In this document: piece after piece, positions 1 through 10,400 of the stretch
Layout of the letters: each line of letters starts with the position of its first letter
How positions within the stretch are numbered: position 1 is the stretch's first letter
Assembly (NCBI RefSeq): GCF_009914755.1
Contig: NC_060940.1
Reading direction: 5' to 3' (one strand)
Origin: the human T2T-CHM13v2.0 reference genome, Homo sapiens
DNA length: 64,000 nucleotides
The notes under the pieces: generated by a model
Seen by the model: only the letters and a program-made list of their open reading frames with translations
What the model was told of the DNA's origin: nothing
Databases searched by the model: none
Program-made: the position numbers and the translations under genes

Positions 1-82
1 GTTTAACCTTTCTTTTCATACAGCATTCTGGAAACCCTCTGTTTGTAAAGTCTGCAAGTGGATATTTGGACCTCTTAGATGC

Positions 83-99
83 CTTCGTTGGAAACGGGA
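83..99 (+). promoter_or_regulatory. CENP-B box, dimer 1 (recurs in each HOR)
   Basis: CTTCGTTGGAAACGGGA, an exact match to the canonical 17 bp box. Confidence 0.97.
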
Positions 100-422
100 T
101 TTCTTCATATAATGCTAGAGGGAAGAATTCTTAGTAACTTCTTTGTGTTGTGTGTATTCAACTGACAGAGTTGAACCTTCCTTTAGACAGAGCAGATTTG
201 AAAGTCTCTTTTTGTGGAATTTGCAAGTGGAGATTTCAAGCGCTTTGAGGCCAAAAGCAGAAAAGGAAATATTTTCCTATAAAACCTCGACAGAATCTTT
301 CTCAGAAACTGCTCTGGGATGTGTGCGTTCAACTCACAGAGTTTAACTTTTCTTTTCATTCAGCAGTTTGTAAACACTCTGTTTGGAAAGTCTGCACGTG
401 GATATTTTGACATCTTTGAGGC

Positions 423-439
423 CTTCGTTGGAAACGGGT
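423..439 (+). promoter_or_regulatory. CENP-B box, dimer 2
   Basis: CTTCGTTGGAAACGGGT; the core nTTCGnnnnAnnCGGGn is intact. Confidence 0.93.
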
Positions 440-762
440 TTTTTTCATGTACGGCTAGACAGAAGAAATCTCAGTAACTTCCTTGTGTTGTGTGTATTCA
501 ACTGACAGAGTTGAACCTTCCTTTAGACAGAGCAGATTCGAAACACTCTTTTTCTGCAATTTGCAAGTGGAGACTTCAAGCGCTTTGAGGCCAAAGGCAG
601 AAAAGGAAATATCTTCGTATAAAAACCCGACAGAATCATTCTCAGAAACTGCTCTGTGATGTGTGCGTTCAACTCACAGAGTTTAACTTTTCTTTTCATT
701 CAGCAGTTTGGAAACACTCTGTTTGTAAAGTCTGCAAGTGGATATCTTGGCCTCTTAGAGGC

Positions 763-779
763 CTTCGTTGGAAACGGGT
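763..779 (+). promoter_or_regulatory. CENP-B box, dimer 3
   Basis: CTTCGTTGGAAACGGGT; core intact. Confidence 0.93.
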
Positions 780-1101
780 TTTTTCATGTAAGGTTAGACA
801 GAGGAATTCCCAGTAACTTCCTTGTGTTGTGTGCACTCAACTCACAGAGTTGAATGATTCTTTACACAGAGCAGATTTGAGACACTCTTTTGGTGGAATT
901 TGTAAGTGGAGAATTCAGCTGCTTTGAGGTCAACGGTAGAAAAGGAAATATCTTCGTATAAAAACTAGACAGAATGATTCTCAGAAACTGTTTTGTGATG
1001 TGTGCTTTCAACTCACAGAGTTTAACCTTTCTTTTCAAAGAGCAGTTAGGAAACACTCTGTTTGTAAAGTCTGCAAGTGGATATTCAGACCTCTTTGAGG
1101 C

Positions 1102-1118
1102 CTTCGTTGGAAACGGGA
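1102..1118 (+). promoter_or_regulatory. CENP-B box, dimer 4
   Basis: CTTCGTTGGAAACGGGA, canonical. Confidence 0.97.
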
Positions 1119-1270
1119 TTTCTTCATATTATGCTAGACAGATGAATTCTCAGTAACTTCCTTGTGTTGTGTGTATTCAACTCACAGAGTTGAACGATCC
1201 TTTACACAGAGCAGATTTGAAACACTGTTTTTCTGGAATTTGCAAGTGGAGATTTCAGCCGCTTTGAGGT

Positions 1271-1287
1271 CAATGGTAGAAAAGGAA
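1271..1287 (+). promoter_or_regulatory. pJ-alpha/A-box-like site of the alternate (A-type) monomer (example)
   Basis: CAATGGTAGAAAAGGAA lies at the position homologous to the CENP-B box, 171 bp before the box at 1442. It resembles the A-box consensus CTAYGGTGRAAAAGGAA. Confidence 0.7.
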
Positions 1288-1441
1288 ATATCTTCGTATA
1301 AAAACTAGACAGAATGATTCTCAGAAACTCCTTTGTGATGTGTGCGTTCAACTCACAGAGTTTAACCTTTCTTTTCACAGAGCAGTTAGGAAACACTCTG
1401 TTTGTGAAGCCTGCCAGTGGATATTCGGACCTCTTTGAGGC

Positions 1442-1458
1442 CTTCGTTGGAAACGGGA
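1442..1458 (+). promoter_or_regulatory. CENP-B box, dimer 5
   Basis: CTTCGTTGGAAACGGGA, canonical. Confidence 0.97.
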
Positions 1459-4400
1459 TTTCTTCATATTATGCTAGACAGAAGATTTCTCAGTAACTTC
1501 TTTGTGTTGTGTGTATGCAACTCACAGAGTTCAACCTTCCTTTAGACAGAGCAGATTTGAAACACTCTTTTTGTGGAATTTGCAAGTGGAGATTTCAAGC
1601 GCTTCGATGCCAATGGTAGAAAAGGAAATATCTTCGTATAAAAACAAGACAAACTCGTTCCCAGACACTGCGTAGTGATGTGTGTGTTTAACTCACAGAG
1701 TTTAACCTTTCTTTTCATACAGCATTCTGGAAACCCTCTGTTTGTAAAGTCTGCAAGTGGATATTTGGACCTCTTAGATGCCTTCGTTGGAAACGGGATT
1801 TCCTCATATAATGCTAGAGGGAAGAATTCTTAGTAACTTCTTTGTGTTGTGTGTATTCAACTGACAGAGTTGAACCTTCCTTTAGACAGAGCAGATTTGA
1901 AAGTCTCTTTTTGTGGAATTTGCAAGTGGAGATTTCAAGCGCTTTGAGGCCAAAAGCAGAAAAGGAAATATTTTCCTATAAAAACTAGACAGAATCTTTC
2001 TCAGAAACTGCTCTGGGATGTGTGCGTTCAACTCACAGAGTTTAACTTTTCTTTTCATTCAGCAGTTTGGAAACACTCTGTTTGGAAAGTCTGCACGTGG
2101 ATATTTTGACCTCTTTGAGGCCTTCGTTGGAAACGGGTTTTTTTCATGTAAGGCTAGACAGAAGAAATCTCAGTAACTTCCTTGTGTTGTGTGTATTCAA
2201 CTGACAGAGTTGAACCTTCCTTTAGACAGAGCAGATTCGAAACACTCTTTTTCTGCAATTTGCAAGTGGAGACTTCAAGCGCTTTGAGGCCAAAGGCAGA
2301 AAAGGAAATATCTTCGTATAAAAACCCGACAGAATCATTCTCAGAAACTGCTCTGTGATGTGTGCGTTCAACTCACAGAGTTTAACTTTTCTTTTCATTC
2401 AGCAGTTTGGAAACACTCTGTTTGTAAAGTCTGCAAGTGGATATCTTGGCCTCTTAGAGGCCTTCGTTGGAAACGCGTTTTTTCATGTAAGGTTAGACAG
2501 AGGAATTCCCAGTAACTTCCTTGTGTTGTGTGCATTCAACTCACAGAGTTGAATGATTCTTTACACAGAGCAGATTTGAGACACTCTTTTGGTGGAATTT
2601 GTAAGTGGAGAATTCAGCCGCTTTGAGGTCAACGGTAGAAAAGGAAATATCTTCGTATAAAAACTAGAAAGAATGATTCTCAGAAACTGTTTTGTGATGT
2701 GTGCGTTCAACTCACAGAGTTTAACCTTTCTTTTCAAAGAGCAGTTAGGAAACACTCTGTTTGTAAAGTCTGCAAGTGGATATTCAGACCTCTTTGAAGC
2801 CTTCGTTGGAAACGGGATTTCATCATATTATGCTAGACAGATGAATTCTCAGTAACTTCCTTGTGTTGTGTGTATTCAACTCACAGAGTTGAACGATCCT
2901 TTACACAGAGCAGATTTGAAACACTGTTTTTCTGGAATTTGCAAGTGGAGATTTCAGCCGCTTTGAGGTCAATGGTAGAAAAGGAAATATCTTCGTATAA
3001 AAACTGGACAGAATGATTCTCAGAAACTCCTTTGTGATGTGTGCGTTCAACTCACAGAGTTTAACCTTTCTTTTCACAGAGCAGTTAGGAAACACTCTGT
3101 TTGTGAAGCCTGCCAGTGGATATTCGGACCTCTTTGAGGCCTTCGTTGGAAACGGGATTTCTTCATATTTTGCTAGACAGAAGATTTCTCAGTAACTTCT
3201 TTGTGTTGTGTGTATGCAACTCACAGAGTTCAACCTTCCTTTAGACAGAGCAGATTTGAAACACTCTTTTTGTGGAATTTGCAAGTGGAAATTTCAAGCG
3301 CATCGATGCCAATGGTAGAAAAGGAAATATCTTCGTATAAAAACAAGACAAACTCGTTCCCAGACACTGCGTAGTGATGTGTGTGTTTAACTCACAGAGT
3401 TTCACCTTTCTTTTCATACAGCATTCTGGAAACCCTGTGTTTGTAAAGTCTGCAAGTGGATATTTGGACCTCTTAGATGCCTTCGTTGGAAACGGGATTT
3501 CTTCATATAATGCTAGAGGGAAGAATTCTTAGTAACTTCTTTGTGTTGTGTGTATTCAACTGACAGAGTTGAACCTTCCTTTAGACAGAGCAGATTTGAA
3601 AGTCTCTTTTTGTGGAATTTGCAAGTGGAGATTTCAAGCGCTTTGAGGGCAAAAGCAGAAAAGGAAATATTTTCCTATAAAAACTAGACAATCTTTCTCA
3701 GAAACTGCTCTGGGATGTGTGCGTTCAACTCACAGAGTTTAACTTTTCTTTCCATTCAGCAGTTTGGAAACACTCTGTTTGGAAAGTCTGCACGTGGATA
3801 TTTTGACCTCTTTGAGGCCTTCGTTAGAAACGGGTTTTTTTCATGTAAGGCTAGACAGAAGAAATCTCAGTAACTTCCTTGTGTTGTGTGTATTCAACTG
3901 ACAGAGTTGAACCTTCCTTTAGACAGAGCAGATTCGAAACACTCTTTTTCTGCAATTTGCAAGTGGAGACTTCAAGCGCTTTGAGGCCAAAGGCAGAAAA
4001 GTAAATATCTTCGTATAAAAACCCGACAGAATCATTCTCAGAAACTGCTCTGTGATGTGTGCGTTCAACTCACAGAGTTTAACTTTTCTTTTCATTCAGC
4101 AGTTTGGAAACACTCTGTTTGTAAAGTCTGCAAGTGGATATCTTGGCCTCTTAGAGGCCTTCGTTGGAAACGGGTTTTTTCATGTAAGGTTAGACAGAGG
4201 AATTCCCAGTAACTTCCTTGTGTTGTGTGCACTCAACTCACAGAGTTGAATGATTCTTTACACAGAGCAGATTTGAGACACTCTTTTGGTGGAATTTGTA
4301 AGTGGAGAATTCAGCCGCTTTGAGGTCAACGGTAGAAAAGGAAATATCTTCGTATAAAAACTAGACAGAATGATTCTCAGAAACTGTTTTGTGATGTGTG

Positions 4401-7400
4401 CGTTCAACTCACAGAGTTTAACCTTTCTTTTCAAACAGCAGTTAGGAAACACTCTGTTTGTAAAGTCTGCAAGTGGATATTCAGACCTCTTTGAGGCCTT
4501 CGTTGGAAACGGGATTTCTTCATATTATGCTAGACAGATGAATTCTCAGTAACTTCCTTGTGTTGTGTGTATTCAACTCACAGAGTTGAACGATCCTTTA
4601 CACAGAGCAGATTTGAAACACTGTTTTTCTGGAATTTGCAAGTGGAGATTTCAGCCGCTTTGAGGTCAATGGTAGAAAAGGAAATATCTTCGTATAAAAA
4701 CTGGACAGAATGATTCTCAGAAACTCCTTTGTGATGTGTGCGTTCAACTCACAGAGTTTAACCTTTCTTTTCACAGAGCAGTTAGGAAACACTCTGTTTG
4801 TGAAGCCTGCCAGTGGATATTCGGACCTCTTTGAGGCCTTCGTTGGAAACGGGATTTCTTCATATTATGCTAGACAGAAGATTTCTCAGTAACTTCTTTG
4901 TGTTGTGTGTATGCAACTCACAGAGTTCAACCTTCCTTTAGACAGAGCAGATTTGAAACACTCTTTTAGTGGAATTTGCAAGTGGAGATTTCAAGCGCTT
5001 CGATGCCAATGGTAGAAAAGGAAATATCTTCGTATAAAAACAAGACAAACTCGTTCCCAGACACTGCGTAGTGATGTGTGTGTTTAACTCACAGAGTTTA
5101 ACCTTTCTTTTCATACAGCATTCTGGAAACCCTCTGTTTGTAAAGTCTGCAAGTGGATATTTGGACCTCTTAGATGCCTTCTTTGGAAACGGGATTTCCT
5201 CATATAATGCTAGAGGGAAGAATTCTTAGTAACTTCTTTGTGTTGTGTGTATTCAACTGACAGAGTTGAACCTTCCTTTAGACAGAGCAGATTTGAAAGT
5301 CTCTTTTTGTGGAATTTGCAAGTGGAGATTTCAAGCGCTTTGAGGCCAAAAGCAGAAAAGGAAATATTTTCCTATAAAAATTAGACAGAATCATTCTCAG
5401 AAACTGCTCTGTGATGTGTGCGTTCAACTCACAGAGTTTAACTTTTCTTTTCATTCAGCAGTTTGGAAACACTGTTTGGAAAGTCTGCACGTGGATATTT
5501 TGACCTCTTTGAGGCCTTCGTTGGAAACGGGTTTTTTTCATGTAAGGCTAGACAGAAGAAATCTCAGTAACTTCCTTGTGTTGTGTGTATTCAACTGACA
5601 GAGTTGAACCTTCCTTTAGACAGAGCAGATTCGAAACACTCTTTTTCTGCAATTTGCAAGTGGAGACTTCAAGCGCTTTGAGGCCAAAGGCAGAAAAGGA
5701 AATATCTTCGTATAAAAACCCGACAGAATCATTCTCAGAAACTGCTCTGTGATGTGTGCGTTCAACTCACAGAGTTTAACTTTTCTTTTCATTCAGCAGT
5801 TTGGAAACACTCTGTTTGTAAAGTCTGCAAGTGGATATCTTGGCCTCTTAGAGGCCTTCGTTGGAAACGGGTTTTTTCATGTAAGGATAGACAGAGGAAT
5901 TCCCAGTAACTTCCTTGTGTTGTGTGCATTCAACTCACAGAGTTGAATGATTCTTTACACAGAGCAGATTTGAGACACTCTTTTGGTGGAATTTGTAAGT
6001 GGAGAATTCAGCCGCTTTGAGGTCAACGGTAGAAAAGGAAATATCTTCGTATAAAAACTAGACAGAATGATTCTCAGAAACTGTTTTGTGATGTGTGCGT
6101 TCAACTCACAGAGTTTAACCTTTCTTTTCAAAGAGCAGTTAGGAAACACTCTGTTTGTAAAGTCTGCAAGTGGATATTCAGACCTCTTTGAGGCCTTCGT
6201 TGGAAACGGGATTTCTTCATATTATGCTAGACAGATGAATTCTCAGTAACTTCCTTGTGTTGTGTGTATTCAACTCACAGAGTTGAACGATCCTTTACAC
6301 AGAGCAGATTTGAAACACTGTTTTTCTGGAATTTGCAAGTGGAGATTTCAGCCGCTTTGAGGTCAATGGTAGAAAAGGAAATATCTTCGTATAAAAACTA
6401 GACAGAATGATTCTCAGAAACTCCTTTGTGATGTGTGCGTTCAACTCACAGAGTTTAACCTTTCTTTTCACAGAGCAGTTAGGAAACACTCTGTTTGTGA
6501 AGCCTGCCAGTGGATATTCGGACCTCTTTGAGGCCTTCGTTGGAAACGGGATTTCTTCATATTATGCTAGACAGAAGATTTCTCAGTAACTTCTTTGTGT
6601 TGTGTGTATGCAACTCACAGAGTTCAACCTTCCTTTAGACAGAGCAGATTTGAAACACTCTTTTTGTGGAATTTGCAAGTGGAGATTTCAAGCGCTTCGA
6701 TGCCAATGGTAGAAAAGGAAATATCTTCGTATAAAAACAAGACAAACTCGTTCCCAGACACTGCGTAGTGATGTGTGTGTTTAACTCACTGAGTTTAACC
6801 TTTCTTTTCATACAGCATTCTGGAAACCCTCTGTTTGTAAAGTCTGCAAGTGGATATTTGGACCTCTTAGATGCCTTCGTTGGAAACGGGATTTCTTCGT
6901 ATAATGCTAGAGGGAAGAATTCTTAGTAACTTCTTTGTGTTGTGTGTATTCAACTGACAGAGTTGAACCTTCCTTTAGACAGAGCAGATTTGAAAGTCTC
7001 TTTTTGTGGAATTTGCAAGTGGAGATTTCAAGCGCTTTGAGGCCAAAAGCAGAAAAGGAAATATTTTCCTATAAAACCTCGACAGAATCTTTCTCAGAAA
7101 CTGCTCTGGGATGTGTGCGTTCAACTCACAGAGTTTAACTTTTCTTTCCATTCAGCAGTTTGGAAACACTCTGTTTGGAAAGTCTGCACGTGGATATTTT
7201 GACCTCTTTGAGGCCTTCGTTGGAAACGGGTTTTTTTCATGTAAGGCTAGACAGAAGAAATCTCAGTAACTTCCTTGTGTTGTGTGTATTCAACTGACAG
7301 AGTTGAACCTTCCTTTAGACAGAGCAGATTCGAAACACTCTTTTTCTGCAATTTGCAAGTGGAGACTTCAAGCGCTTTGAGGCCAAAGGCAGAAAAGGAA

Positions 7401-10400
7401 ATATCTTCGTATAAAAACCCGACAGAATCATTCTCAGAAACTGCTCTGTTATGTGTGCGTTCAACTCACAGAGTTTAACTTTTCTTTTCATTCAGCAGTT
7501 TGGAAACACTCTGTTTGTAAAGTCTGCAAGTGGATATCTTGGCCTCTTAGAGGCCTTCGTTGGAAACGGGTTTTTTCATGTAAGGATAGACACAGGAATT
7601 CCCAGTAACTTCCTTGTGTTGTGTGCATTCAACTCACAGAGTTGAATGATTCTTTACACAGAGCAGATTTGAGACACTCTTTTGGTGGAATTTGTAAGTG
7701 GAGAATTCAGCCGCTTTGAGGTCAACGGTAGAAAAGGAAATATCTTCGTATAAAAACTAGACAGAATGATTCTCAGAAACTGTTTTGTGATGTGTGCGTT
7801 CAACTCACAGAGTTTAACCTTTCTTTTCAAAGAGCAGTTAGGAAACACTCTGTTTGTAAAGTCTGCAAGAGGATATTCAGACCTCTTTGAGGCCTTCGTT
7901 GGAAACGGGATTTCTTCATATTATGCTAGACAGATGAATTCTCAGTAACTTCCTTGTGTTGTGTGTATTCAACTCACAGAGTTGAACGATCCTTTACACA
8001 GAGCAGATTTGAAACACTGTTTTTCTGGAATTTGCAAGTGGAGATTTCAGCCGCTTTGAGGTCAATGGTAGAAAAGGAAATATCTTCGTATAAAAACTAG
8101 ACAGAATGATTCTCAGAAACTCCTTTGTGATGTGTGCGTTCAACTCACAGAGTTTAACCTTTCTTTTCACAGAGCAGTTAGGAAACACTCTGTTTGTGAA
8201 GCCTGCCAGTGGATATTCGGACCTCTTTGAGGCCTTCGTTGGAAACGGGATTTCTTCATATTATGCTATTCAGAAGATTTCTCAGTAACTTCTTTGTGTT
8301 GTGTGTATGCAACTCACAGAGTTCAACCTTCCTTTAGACAGAGCAGATTTGAAACACTCTTTTTGTGGAATTTGCAAGTGGAGATTTCAAGCGCTTCGAT
8401 GCCAATGGTAGAAAAGGAAATATCTTCATATAAAAACAAGACAAACTCGTTCCCAGACACTGCGTAGTGATGTGTGTGTTTAACTCACAGAGTTTAACCT
8501 TTCTTTTCATACAGCATTCTGGAAACCCTGTGTTTGTAAAGTCTGCAAGTGGATATTTGGACCTCTTAGATGCCTTCGTTGGAAACGGGATTTCTTCATA
8601 TAATGCTAGAGGGAAGAATTCTTAGTAACTTCTTTGTGTTGTGTGTATTCAACTGACAGAGTTGAACCTTCCTTTAGACAGAGCAGATTTGAAAGTCTCT
8701 TTTTGTGGAATTTGCAAGTGGAGATTTCAAGCGCTTTGAGGCCAAAAGCAGAAAAGGAAATATTTTCCTATAAAAACTCGACAGAATCTTTCTCAGAAAC
8801 TGCTCTGGGATGTGTGCGTTCAACTCACAGAGTTTAACTTTTCTTTTCATTCAGCAGTTTGGAAACACTCTGTTTGGAAAGTCTGCACGTGGATATTTTG
8901 ACCTCTTTGAGGCCTTCGTTGGAAACGGGTTTTTTTCATGTAAGGCTAGACAGAAGAAATCTCAGTAACTTCCTTGTGTTGTGTGTATTCAACTGACAGA
9001 GTTGAACCTTCCTTTAGACAGAGCAGATTCGAAACACTCTTTTTCTGCAATTTGCAAGTGGAGACTTCAAGCGCTTTGAGGCCAAAGGCAGAAAAGGAAA
9101 TATCTTCGTATAAAAACCCGACAGAATCATTCTCAGAAACTGCTCTGTGATGTGTGCGTTCAACTCACAGAGTTTAACTTTTCTTTTCATTCAGCAGTTT
9201 GGAAACACTCTGTTTGTAAAGTCTGCAAGTGGATATCTTGGCCTCTTAGAGGCCTTCGTTGGAAACGGGTTTTTTCATGTAAGGATAGACAGAGGAATTC
9301 CCAGTAACTTCCTTGTGTTGTGTGCATTCAACTCACAGAGTTGAATGATTCTTTACACAGAGCAGATTTGAGACACTCTTTTGGTGGAATTTGTAAGTGG
9401 AGAATTCAGCCGCTTTGAGGTCAACGGTAGAAAAGGAAATATCTTCGTATAAAAACTAGACAGAATGATTCTCAGAAACTGTTTTGTGATGTGTGCGTTC
9501 AACTCACAGAGTTTAACCTTTCTTTTCAAAGAGCAGTTAGGAAACACTCTGTTTGTAAAGTCTGCAAGTGGATATTCAGACCTCTTTGAGGCCTTCGTTG
9601 GAAACGGGATTTCTTCATATTATGCTAGACAGATGAATTCTCAGTAACTTCCTTGTGTTGTGTGTATTCAACTCACAGAGTTGAACGATCCTTTACACAG
9701 AGCAGATTTGAAACACTGTTTTTCTGGAATTTGCAAGTGGAGATTTCAGCCGCTTTGAGGTCAATGGTAGAAAAGGAAATATCTTCGTATAAAAACTAGA
9801 CAGAATGATTCTCAGAAACTCCTTTGTGATGTGTGCGTTCAACTCACAGGGTTTAACCTTTCTTTTCACAGAGCAGTTAGGAAACACTCTGTTTGTGAAG
9901 CCTGCCAGTGGATATTCGGACCTCTTTGAGGCCTTCGTTGGAAACGGGATTTCTTCATATTATGCTAGACAGAAGATTTCTCAGTAACTTCTTTGTGTTG
10001 TGTGTATGCAACTCACAGAGTTCAACCTTCCTTTAGACAGAGCAGATTTGAAACACTCTTTTTGTGGAATTTGCAAGTGGAGATTTCAAGCGCTTCGATG
10101 CCAATGGTAGAAAAGGAAATATCTTCGTATAAAAACAAGACAAACTCGTTCCCAGACACTGCGTAGTGATGTGTGTGTTTAACTCACAGAGTTTAACCTT
10201 TCTTTTCATACAGCATTCTGGAAACCCTCTGTTTGTAAAGTCTGCAAGTGGATATTTGGACCTCTTAGATGCCTTCGTTGGAAACGGGATTTCTTCATAT
10301 AATGCTAGAGGGAAGAATTCTTAGTAACTTCTTTGTGTTGTGTGTATTCAACTGACAGAGTTGAACCTTCCTTTAGACAGAGCAGATTTGAAAGTCTCTT

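Larger units (their letters stand above)
83..1781 (+). repeat. First complete HOR unit (5 dimers of 340, 340, 339, 340 and 340 bp; phase set arbitrarily at a CENP-B box)
   Basis: CENP-B boxes start at 83, 423, 763, 1102, 1442 and 1782. The context at 1782 (CTCTTAGATGCCTTCG) repeats the context at 83. Confidence 0.97.

Noticed and set aside
955-965. TATAAAA TATA-like motifs in every dimer
   Set aside because: They are a standard part of the alphoid monomer, and there is no sequence evidence for promoter function.
4961-4972. CTCTTTTAGTGG shared with ~50823
   Set aside because: It is one shared SNV with no linked variants, so recurrence cannot be excluded.
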